DNA of 56,752 bases, counting the filler, from Streblomastix strix (lineage: Eukaryota): NCBI GenBank assembly GCA_008636045.1. It is 3 parts of 3 records of this genome, joined end to end, with 100 filler letters (N's around TTAATTAATTAA, not from the genome) between each part and the next. Parts side by side here need not be neighbours in the genome. Positions count along the whole stretch, not along the records: positions 1 to 18,852 come from SNRW01000574.1; 2 more parts are not named here. One strand, written 5' to 3'. The position numbers and the translations under genes are program-made. Each line of letters starts with the position of its first letter. Positions within the stretch are counted from its first letter, which is position 1. Of the stretch, positions 1 to 11,510 are shown one piece after another. The notes under the pieces were generated by a model. It worked only from the letters and a program-made list of their open reading frames with translations, ran no database searches and had not been told where the DNA came from.

Positions 1-1
1 G

Positions 2-1717
2 CCCCCCCTTCCGCAAATGCCTATGTTCGCATAATTATCATAATCATCATCATCAAGTTCAGGAGGTATAATATAGATTCAATCTCAGTCACATTCTTCT
101 GGACCAGGTTCCTATTCATACTCCAGTTCCTAATCACAATCATCATAAAGATCCCCACCTCATTTAAATGCAATGGCTCCTTAAATAGCTCCTGCAATGC
201 CAAATCAACAAGCATCACCTCCAAGAGATATTTATTAATAAGCTCCACCTTAAAAATAAGAAAATAGAATTAATAATTGGGTATAACCAGGATCTTATAC
301 AATACACCAATAAAATTTACCTCTTCCTCCACCCTAATAAATATAATATCCTTAATAGATGACTATCTAACAATAATAATAGTAATAATTGTAATAAATA
401 ATACCCTAAGAAAATAGCAGTATTATTAATTAATCAATAGGTGCTACCCTTATGGCAAGTACATCTGCATCAAATGCAGCTGTATTTCATCAATCACTTT
501 AATAGCATAGAATGTAACAATTAATGGAACCTTAAAGAAGAAGTTAAAATGAAGATCCCCATTTTAATATAATGAGTGCTGGATCATCATTATATGGTGC
601 TCGTCATAAACACAAAGCGTAACATCGAAAAAAATCATAAACATAACATGCATTTGAAGATAATGAATCTGTTGAACAAGCAGTTGAAGATGCAGATGAA
701 GAAGCAGCTGAAGAAAGATCTGGTAGTGATGGTAATCTAGATTTGAGGATGTTGATGCAAGAAATGACACCATAAAGAGCAGCTACACTTCAGGAAGATC
801 TTCTATTTGCACCACAGATGCATGGATAGTTATAGGCTGAATATGTTGGTCAGAGAGCATTAGAAGCTGTTGGACATCTTTCTATATCAGGAACATACCT
901 CCCATTTCCTGCTGAGTTTGCGAGACCTCTTGTTGAAGGACAATCAATACTTCAACCTCCTCCTGCTAAGATAAACCCAATTCCATTTGAACAGAGATTA
1001 TAACAATTCAAATAATCACTGATGCAGTATGTAAAATAAAACTAAGTGTAAAGAATTGAATAAGATAGATAATAAAGAATTAAGTCTGAAAAAATTGATA
1101 AGAGAAGAAAATTAAATGCTCCGGATTCATGGGAGATAACTAATAATCAATAAAATTAATTATAAGAAAATGAAGAATTAAATGAATAAAGAATAAAATC
1201 TGAAGATGAATAAGAAAAATCAATGGAGACTGAAATAAATAATAATTTAAAAATGATTCCAAGAAAAAGAAAATTTAAAGAATTTTAATCAACTTTTGGA
1301 AATAAGATTGGAAATGTAAGTAACAAGGAAATTGATAAAGCAAAATTAATTTTATTAAGAATAAATGAAATTTTATAAGAAAATGATAAAATTTAAAATC
1401 CAATATAAATGAAATAATTAATAGAATTAACAGATAAATTTTATTCAATTTATCCTTCAATATTTGGAACGAAAGATAAAATTGAATTAATTAATTCAAC
1501 AGAACGAGTAAATGATCTTCTACTATAGTTAGAATAAAATATTGAAGGAAATTTTAACAACATTTAGGATTTCTAATTAGATCATTCGATGTTAAGATAA
1601 CTTGAACCAGAACAGTTAGAATTGATAAGTATTGTATTAAAAGAAAATGAAAATGAGATTGACAATAGTGAATCTGAAATTTTAGAAGAATATGAAACTT
1701 AATATTAAAAACAATGA
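2..1717 (+). CDS. 5'-partial Q/S/P-rich protein with C-terminal PARP regulatory (helical) domain-like segment
   Basis: Frame 2 is open from the contig start to TGA at 1715-1717 when TAA/TAG=Gln. About 1300-1535 reads KIGNVSNKEIDKAKLILLRINEIL...LIELTDKFYSIYPSIFGTKDKIELINSTERV, resembling the PARP1 regulatory domain pattern LGKLS..QI..A..IL...LS..FYTLIPH.FG. Confidence 0.75.
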
Positions 1718-2106
1718 AGAATTTAATATGAAAAAAGGTAAGCAAATTAAGAATAAACAACTGCATTATTAAACTTAAATAAGAATAAATAAGAAAGAAA
1801 AAAAAAATTAAAAAAATAATAATAAAATATTTAAATTCCATAAACTTAGAAAGAAAGACATGTAAATGCATTAATGAATGAAATAAAGTAGTTATCATAA
1901 CAATCAAAACCATTAAAATTTAATAAATCTGTTTGGACTTAGAGTGCAAATGAAAAAAGATAAAAGTAAAATTTTTAAATGTAATAATTAAATTAAGATA
2001 AATTTATTATGAATAGAATCGATAGAGTTATTACATAAATTTAATAAAACTAAGAATCAAAGGATTTGAATAAAAATTAATAATCAAATATTAGTATTAA
2101 ACAGAC

Positions 2107-3275
2107 TCATAAATTAAATATCCCTATTGTATTATTCAACTTCAAATCATTCAATTTATCAAACTTTTCCAATATCCACCATTATTTTCAAATAATACTT
2201 CAAATCGAACAATTCCATCTTTTATTACTGGATCGAATGCAATTGTACAACATTTATCGTTATTATCAGAGTGAATAAATCTGGTTTTTTCAAAATGACC
2301 ATCAACCTCAATGGGTAATATCGGAATAAATGCTATTTAATTGGCTGAAGAAAATATAAAATGAAATAATAAATGACAAAAAAAGATAAATTAAAAAGAA
2401 TTGATATCATTTATATTTAAAAACCTTAAAAATTTTACATTTATGCGATTCCTTAATTAGTAGTGTCTATTTCTTATTTTTAGCATTTATCCGATTATTT
2501 ATCACTTTTATTATGATTATTTTCACTTTCTTTCTCTTATTCTAAAATTTTCATCCTTTTTTCAGCTATATTTGCTCTCTCTTTTTCTAATTCTTTTTCA
2601 TATTCTAATTATTTTATTTTCAATTGTTATTCATCAATTAATTTCTTATATTTCATTTCAGATAGTTTTGATTGTTCTTCATATTCTCTAAGTTTTTATT
2701 CTCCTATTCTAATTTATTCTTGTGCATCTTGGAGAGTTAATTACTAGTCTCCATCTCCATCTCCATCTCCACATTATTCACATTCCAAATCAGATAGAAT
2801 TGATCCAAGAATACTTTTAATTTGTTTTGGAGGACTCATTTATTTAATTCTTATTGCACATAATTGTAGCTTTTATGATTTCCACTCCGTTATTGAACTT
2901 GTGCGAATAACTTTCTCAACAACCTCAAGAATATTTAAAAGAATTTCTTATGAAAATTCAGATGATAAATCAGAAGATGATGATGTTATTCGAGAAGATA
3001 GATATTTAATATCTAAAGCTTCTGCAGCTCTATCAAAAAAATTAAGTTGTTTAAGCCCTTCTATCGATTAAGGATTCTTTGTAATTTACTTAAGTATAAT
3101 TTGCTTTCCAATCTCAGAAATCATTAAATCTTGATTCTGTTATAACAGAATAATAAATAGATAATTAAAATGAAATTCATACAAAAAGAAATGAGAGGAT
3201 AGGTGAGAATAACATCACCCAATCTATATTCTTATCTGCTTCCATATTATTCTACTCAATAAGCAAAATCAGCAT
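2107..3275 (-). CDS. Coiled-coil protein with truncated C-terminal SPRY/B30.2-like segment (multi-exon)
   Basis: Spliced reading MEADKNIDW|NQDLMISEIGKQ...E/K/Q-rich coiled coil...|IPILPIEVDGHFEKTRFIHSDNNDKCCTIAFDPVIKDGIVRFEVLFENNGG with GT-AG introns. Start (3275 or 3245) and end (2107 or 2151) are uncertain. Confidence 0.55.
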
Positions 3276-3349
3276 ATGACATAGTATCTATCATTCAAAA
3301 CAAAAATAATGAATGCCTATAGTATATCAAACAGTAAAACAATTTACAC

Positions 3350-3592
3350 ACTCGAATTCTTGGGCATTTTGTATCTATCATTAAGTCTGTTAATACTTCA
3401 ATAATTCCAGTTTCTGATACAATACCTCACCATTCACTCTGTGAGACTAAAAAATTATTTAAAAAGTTATATAATTTAATCTGTACACACATCCAGATAG
3501 ACCGATGAGTTAAATAAGTATTTTAATTATTTCTTAGTCAGTTACTCGAAGTCTTAGACGTGTAGCATGAAGTGCAATCTATTATTTTGTCT
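3350..3592 (-). pseudogene. Two small exon-like fragments of a helical protein, one with an in-frame TGA
   Basis: AG/GT-bounded segments read QIALHATRLRLRVTDQEIIKILIQLIGLSG and SQSEW*GIVSETGIIEVLTDLMIDTKCPRIR; TGA at 3427-3429. Which gene they belong to is unclear. Confidence 0.3.
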
Positions 3593-4002
3593 ATATACAA
3601 AAATTTTAAAATAAAAACATAAAAATAGGAGTAATTAATGCTATTTATGGTAAATAATTATTAGAAAAAAAATTTTTTTTTGTGTGATTAAAATACCAGA
3701 GCATGATAAGCAGAATCAAAAATAAAGAGTTATTTTAAATAATAATTTATTAGATATAGTTAAATAACTATAATGAATGAATATAAAACACAAAGTGGCC
3801 ATGAAAAAAAATAAATTTCAAAATTCATTTAAAACTTTGATCTTCATACATCAGACAAATCATGTTATTTCATCATTTCAATTATGCATGTATCGTCATT
3901 TGAGCGCATTGATTCATCCATTTCGACTCTTATGATGAAGTTGACTTATTTCCCCCCATTTTGCTTGAAAAAATGAATTTTTTCATGATAACACAATAAC
4001 GG

Positions 4003-7000
4003 TCATTATTTTAGTTGTAGATCATGCAGATCAGCTTCTAAATAATTATCTGCAAGCCAAAATGTTAAAATCTATTTATAAAGTTCTGGCGGAGTTAATT
4101 CTTTCTACAATCTAGCCCATCTAAAAATTCAAATAAAATATACAAAAAAAGTCGATAAATAGAATAGACATTTTACCTCCTCCTTAGATTGAGTGCAAGA
4201 TCAATTATTGAAATTTAAGTTTTTTATTCATGTTCTCCCATTCGCAGTGCTCTTCCCTTCAAATATTAATACAATAATAAAAAGAAATAATAAAATAAAT
4301 AATGATATGTAACATCAAGTATATAATTTATATCATACTATCTCTTGAACAAAGACAGTTTCACTCTCAGTAACACGAGCAAGAACAACACAATCTAAAT
4401 CTGGGAAATCCCAACCTTCTTATAGTAATTAAACTGTACAAGCAATCTTCACGCGACCTTATCTATAAACGAATATATTGTCAGTTGAATTGAAATTATT
4501 ATTAATAAAATTATTGAAAACAAAATATAAACCTGAATTGAGAAAGATTTCTACTAATCGTCTATGTTGATTGCTTACTATGAACAGAAACAGCAGAAAC
4601 ACCCTAGATTTGAGTAATTAAAAAAATGAATTTTAATCAAATGCCAAATATAGACAAAATATGATTTCTAATCAAACTTTTTGTACAAATAAAGCTGCTG
4701 TCTCATCTGAACATTTACATGAAGAGCAGAAACAAAGTGTATGTTTTCTAGGATGAAGATTTGCCTGTAATAAAATAAATATCGAAAATGCGATAAATGA
4801 AATTAAAATAAAAAAATAAAATTCAAAATACTTCATCTCTCTTTTGTATGATAGACAATACAGATGAAACAATTCTAGCAGCAGATAGAGCTGTATGAAC
4901 CTTAATAATGAATAAAGTATAATTTGAAAAAATAAATTGAAATATGAATTAAATAAATTTGATTATAAATAAAGTAAAATTGTGTTAATTCTTATTATCA
5001 TTACTTGTTTCAATGTAGACATTCCAACAGCTGCAAGTGAATTTTTCATTCGTTGTAAAAATCGTGAAATTGCAACAGATATCATTCTTGATTCACGTGG
5101 AGAAGGATTAAAAGGATTAATGGAGGTAAAAGAAGAAGAAGAAGAAGAGGATGATGAAGATGAGGAAGAAGAAGAAGAGGATGAAGATTATAATTATTAT
5201 TATTGTTGTTCTATTTCCATCTCAACATCATTACCCTCAATTTATTTCACTACTTATTTCTTATCTAAATTTGCTTCTACATGAGCTTTTAGGAATGAAA
5301 CTATTTATGCATATGTTGGAATATCTTTCCCTTGATAGAGAGTAGGTAGAACTTCGAGGTATTCCTAATAAAACATATAAATTAATAATAAAATAAAATA
5401 TAATGAATATCAAAATCAATATAAATCATTATTTAACTTTTTCCTTATTTAAATTGTGATTATCTTTTTATTCTTCTTTTCATACCACATCAGGAAACAT
5501 TCCAAGAATTCGCATTGCATCAGCAGGAAGACGAGCATAAATAACATTTCTAAACAGGTGTGTAATTCTTGTTCCTATAAATTGAATAAATTTAAAGTTA
5601 ATTATTAATAAAAAATTAAATTTTCAAAATAATCCGATCCATAAATATTTCATATTTATAATGTAAAAATAACCTTATGGATCATCCATTCTATTCAAAG
5701 TTGCAGTCATTCCAAGGCAATATCTTACTGGCTATAATTTATGAGGAAGATTACGATGAGAAGATTAAGGTGATAAAACAGTTGATGATGAAGATGACTG
5801 TTGTGTTTATTTAGTTAATGAAGGAGATACAAGTTATGAGAATAGAGAGTGATAAGAAGGAGCTAAAATATGATGTGATTCATCAATTACTAAATGTGTC
5901 TAAGTACATTTATGTGTAATAAAAATATTTTCCAATATAATAATATATAAATATTTTATCATTATTTCTTTATATTGATCATTTTTCTTTATTTTCTATC
6001 TATCTAATTTTACAAACCACTCTTCCAGCAATAAGATCAATTATTCTATGAAGTGATTAGTAAAGAATAAATATAAAACGAGCTGGTATTAATTATCTAT
6101 ATAATGCTTCATCATCTATTTTAGATACTTCAATGTCTTCAGAGCTCTCTTATTTTTGTTCTTCATTTTCTTCATCTTATTCATCAAATCTGTCCTCATC
6201 ATCTATTTCAGCTGATTCAGATTAATTTCTTTTTTATTTTTGTTTTTATATTTAATTCTTATTATTTGACTCTTTGACTTTTTCTTTCTATTAATTAACC
6301 TTTTATTTCATGTTTTTATCTTTTTTCATTTCTTTGTTTATATTTTTCTTTCTTCCTCTTTTCCCTTTTTGTTTTCCTTCTTCTTCATCTCCAAGCATCT
6401 CACTAATCCGCTATATGCTACTTCCTCTGTTCAGTTAAATTGATGCAAATGATTTTATATATTCAATATTAATAAATATATTTAATAAATAATTGTATAT
6501 TAAATATTTTCCATTCGCAAACCCCACATTTACAAATGCGCTTTACGGAAATCCAATTCGAGTGAAATGCAAATGAAATTTGTAAAAAGCGCCATTTCTG
6601 ATTGATGTTGTATGTACAAGAAAGAGAAGTAAGAAGTCATTTGGAAGATGATGTTAAGGATGAAGATTGTGTTTGATAAGAGAATTTTGGTTTTTATTTG
6701 ATTTATTATTATTAATAGAAGAATGTTGGTGGTTATTTGATGAATGAAATGAATGATTAATTGATTGGGATGAAATTAAACTTGGAAAGAGATGTGATTG
6801 TCTCTATGATTAACGATTAATAAGTGAATGTTCATGATGAGATGAATTCTCTTTCTCTTTAATTTTCTCTTATCCTCTTCCAATATTTGTGAATATTTTC
6901 CTGCTCATTCCTGGAGACCGAATATATTCTCCAAAATGAGGCTGTGAAGGAGATTAAATAAAAGGAGACAGCGAAGTGGCTATATATGGAGATCGAAATG

Positions 7001-8430
7001 ATAATGATTTGAAGGAAGAAGAAGATGATGATGATGAGACTATAGACATTGGAGAGAATGGATTTGATGATATTGAATGATTGGATGTATGCGAATGTGA
7101 TTGAAATGATGAGGGTGAAGTGGATGAAAAATTAGAAGGTGAATTTACTTTGAAAGATTTGGAGTTTGATTAATTAGTTTGGATGGGTGATATATTAATG
7201 ATACTATTCGTAGAAGATTTGTTATATTATCGTAGTTTATCATCATCTCTAACATGATGGAAGAATTATGATAGATGCGGTATACCATTATTAACTTTCA
7301 GTTGAATTGGAGTTGAAATAATACCAACATATTATTCATTTGCAATTTGAGATTATGATTATTAAGATTGGAATTGTGATATTTGTAATGAATTGATCTG
7401 TATATCTTCTTTTTAATTGTCTTCATTTAATAAATGAGTTTCCAAAGGTATTAATTCTTGCTATGTTAAATCAATAAGTGGAATTTAGGAGTCTATATTT
7501 GTTGGATGCAATACATCTTTAATTGATTATTTTTCTTTTCCTTACTATTTCATATCCTCATCATCTTCAGATGAAGATGTTGTTCTTATTCTTTTTAATC
7601 CTTATTAAATTAATTTCTTTTATTATTATTTCTCTTTTCTTTTCTTTTCTTTTTTCTTAAAAATATGTTGTGTGAATTTTTAAGTTAGTGATTAAATTAA
7701 TTCAGATGAATTATCATCTTCTTGTAATTTTTATTCATAATCTGATTATTAGTCAATATTTTATGTAAATTATTCTTTTTCTTAAACATTCTAATCTTCT
7801 AATTATTATTAATCTAATTCTGGTTCAATCTCAATTCTTTTTCTCTTTCTTTTACTTGGTTTAGATAAATAATCTTCATTCCCATTTCCATTTCCATCCT
7901 ATTTCTCACTTTCATTCTCATTCATTCTTCTGAATATATCTCTCTCTATATCAAAGACAGCAAATGACTGTCTTACCCAACCCTGTAGCCAGAACTAAGA
8001 TTCCATATGAATGCCCAACAGATAAGCGAATCTCATCCATTCTATTCAAGATGTGAGTCTACAGGTTGTTTGGTTTATAATAACCATTGTTCTTTAATTT
8101 AACTTATTAATCTTAATTATCATTTTGACTAAATGTGTGAAGATTTGTTGGTTTAACTCCATTCACATACATATCAGTAAGAATAAGAGGAGGTGGAGGA
8201 ATTGGCCAGTTTTCATTATTTTCTTCTTTCTTCTCATTTTTCACTTAAATTTATAATTTTCTTTCTTTTTCTTTAGCTTAAAGAACTGATTCTTGGTTCA
8301 ATTTAGAAATTTTCATAAATGTTGTCTCTGATTAAGAAAAAAATCTTTCAGAATCGAATGACGCCTCATTTGCAATGCACCACGCAATATGTGAGAAAAA
8401 TCCAAGAGAAGAATCATTAGAGGTTTGCAT
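4003..8430 (-). CDS. Superfamily II helicase (COG1061/type III restriction Res/Irc3-like), multi-exon, one frameshift
   Basis: Motifs in order: PNNLQ; ILVLATGLGKT (Walker A); LLFLVH (Ia); LVIDESHH (II); LGMTAT (III); TLCFCSS (IV); EGWDFPDLDCVVLARVTES (V); FVQEI|GRALR (VI). ATG 8428-8430, TGA 4003-4005. One extra base at about 7962-7964 breaks the frame. Confidence 0.88.
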
Positions 8431-9164
8431 TTCGTTTTATATCCTATTATATAATAAATGAATAAAAAAAGTTCGATATTTGATAATGCTTAAAATAGAG
8501 TATAATAAAATGATAAATCTATAATTTGGATTGAAATATTTATATGTCGGCAAATTAAATAGAAAATATGTTGTTAATGTATTAAAATACTTGTGGATGT
8601 TGTTTGAATAAGAGTTTTTTTGTTTTGTTTCATTCGTTTCATCAAATAAATTTACAAAGAATTTTTGATTTGCTTGTATAGATTAAATTTATATTTAAAT
8701 CATATTCAAATGATAAAAAAATCTACTTAGTGCTCATTATATAGGATACAGTGTGAGCTATACGCATTTTAATTTATCAAAAGTATTCGTTTATTTATTG
8801 GTGTTAAATAATAAGAAAATTCGTGTGGACGATTATAAAATCAATATGAACAACTTATTGTTTGTGCATAATATCAATTTTGGTTGGGCATTTATGTTTG
8901 AGATGGAAATCAAGCAAACTTTATTTCTTATTATCTGGCATCATCATATCATCACAAACTCTATTATTATATCTTTATTACAAAATAATTGATACTATTT
9001 TAATTCTTGAATATTAATTGTATTACTAATACATCTTTTTATTAAATAATAAAATCATAATTAAAACAACATTCAAGAAAATAATCAAATTAAGAATCAA
9101 CTATTTAAATAAAATTATAATAAATAAACAGAACTGTGCAACTAATCAATATATGAAATGATAA
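8420..9164. repeat. 745-bp direct repeat, copy 1
   Basis: Matches 10697-11441 at offset 2277; I saw only two substitutions. The ORF track gives identical 79-aa ORFs at 8753 and 11030. Confidence 0.97.
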
Positions 9165-9201
9165 TTTAATAAATTATTAAAAAAGAAAAGGAATTATTAA
9201 A

Positions 9202-10707
9202 TCATTCATCGTCTTTATTTGATCGATCTCTACAAACATTGAAAATAGTTTTCATTGCAAGATTAGCATTGCTCATGACATTATCATTCACGTTAAGCCA
9301 CGTATGATACAAATTACTAACACAATCTTCTGTTCCTCCTTATTCTTCGATATCTTCATAAATTTATTTCACCAATTCAGAATGTCCTGCAAATAAATTT
9401 CTATCAGGTTAAAGAGGGTAAAACAAGTTGAAAATGTCATGAAGAGCATCTTTGGTTACTTTGCCACATTATTCTCCAGTCCCTCCACAACATCCTACAG
9501 CTTCTATGAGTACTTGCATCAATTTCCATTCAAATATTAATTTCATAATTAATTTCTCATTATCAACATTCTTTATTAAATTAAGGCCAGCAATACTGCA
9601 TAATCTTATTTCAATAAATACTTTATTTGAGCTTTGATTTTCGAGTTTTTTTCTTCCAATACGAGATAATTTGTTAAGAAATATTCCTAAATTTGACGTG
9701 ATCAATTTCTATTAAATAGGAGGATGAATAATACGAAGAATACTTTAAAGAAGACGAAGAGCTCCAGAAATAACTAAAGGTGATAATATTAATTCATCTA
9801 ATAAGTTAGAAGATGCAGATGAGATGATAATCGGTTCAATGTGTGATATAATATCGTGATTATCATTTAATATGTTAATTAATGATGAATGTTTCCATGA
9901 TAGAATACCAAGTACTCTAAAAATGAAGCTCATTATCTCTTCGCAATCATCAGTTTATGGGAAATTTATTCGGTGAAGGCATTATTTGTTAAAACAGTTG
10001 ATGTGCAATAATGATATAATATTATTATATATTTCAACATCTTTTGTGAAATAACTAAAATTTTTCCAATCTTCTAATAGCCAATCAAGTATTTTCAACA
10101 TCCTAACTCCTTCAATCATCAATATTTCAATATTATTAAACATTTTATTTGAATATTTGATTATTTAATTTTAATCTTCTTGGATTTCTTTCAATTGATT
10201 ATTTAGATTAATAAAAATTGATTTAAAGATCTCCATATATTATTCGCGAATATAACCTCCAATATCTTTGTTTTTATTCAAGAATAAATAAATTTGAAGA
10301 AGTTTTATTGATGAGTTTGAATATTTTTTAATGGTAATTCCTTCTTAATTCTCTTTCTATATTTCATGCAACATCAGCTATTCAATTCTCATGTATAGAT
10401 CTGAGTTAATAAAAAATTCAGAAAAAATATTTCTCTCATTTTAATCTGCAATTTCAGCTCCATAAAGAGCAATAATTCTCATAAAATTAAGTAATTATTC
10501 TTAATAAAATGTTGTACAATCCCCAATTTAAATTAATAACTCATTAAAAAACTCCAAAGTTATGTTTAATTCAATTTTCAATGTCTATTCTTCCATTATG
10601 CAAAATCGAAATTCATCCTGAATTTCTATCCTAATTTTTTCCATGTGTAAATTAGAAATATTCTGAAGATACAGTGCAGTTTCAGATAATTTCTCTGAGG
10701 TTTGCAT
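9202..10707 (-). CDS. Single-exon 501-aa alpha-helical (ARM/HEAT-like) hypothetical protein
   Basis: 1506 nt from ATG (MQTSEKLSETALYLQ) to TGA with TAA/TAG=Gln; merges the track ORFs 9745-9933 and 9469-9705. The C-terminus has IYEDIEEQGGTEDC. Confidence 0.85.
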
Positions 10708-11441
10708 TTCGTTTTATATCCTATTATATAATAAATGAATAAAAAAAGTTCGATATTTGATAATGCTTAAAATAGAGTATAATTAAATGATAAATCTATA
10801 ATTTGGATTGAAATATTTATATGTCGGCAAATTAAATAGAAAATATGTTGTTAATGTATTAAAATACTTGTGGATGTTGTTTGAATAAGAGTTTTTTTGT
10901 TTTGTTTCATTCGTTTCATCAAATAAATTTACAAAGAATTTTTGATTTGCTTGTATAGATTAAATTTATATTTAAATCATATTCAAATGATAAAAAAATC
11001 TACTTAGTGCTCATTATATAGGATACAGTGTGAGCTATACGCATTTTAATTTATCAAAAGTATTCGTTTATTTATTGGTGTTAAATAATAAGAAAATTCG
11101 TGTGGACGATTATAAAATCAATATGAACAACTTATTGTTTGTGCATAATATCAATTTTGGTTGGGCATTTATGTTTGAGATGGAAATCAAGCAAACTTTA
11201 TTTCTTATTATCTGGCATCATCATATCATCACAAACTCTATTATTATATCTTTATTACAAAATAATTGATACTATTTTAATTCTTGAATATTAATTGTAT
11301 TACTAATACATCTTTTTATTAAATAATAAAATCATAATTAAAACAACATTCAAGAAAATAATCAAATTAAGAATCATCTATTTAAATAAAATTATAATAA
11401 ATAAACAGAACTGTGCAACTAATCAATATATGAAATGATAA
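10697..11441. repeat. 745-bp direct repeat, copy 2
   Basis: Near-identical to 8420-9164. Confidence 0.97.
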
Positions 11442-11510
11442 AATAATAAATAAAATTATACGATTAATACTATTTGATACAAAATTAAATAAAAAATATA
11501 TTGATTCCCA

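Noticed and set aside
1715..4005. TGA read as Trp or Sec (frames stay open after the TGAs at 1715 and 4003)
   Set aside because: With a single stop codon, open runs of 40-50 codons are expected by chance. Conserved Trp residues use TGG, TGA ends intact genes (RING, SAPS), and the internal TGAs seen are not at Trp or Cys sites.
8753..11269. Two identical 79-aa plus-strand ORFs in the track
   Set aside because: GTG-started by-products of the duplicated intergenic block; they depend on TAG/TAA-as-stop logic and have no recognisable motifs.
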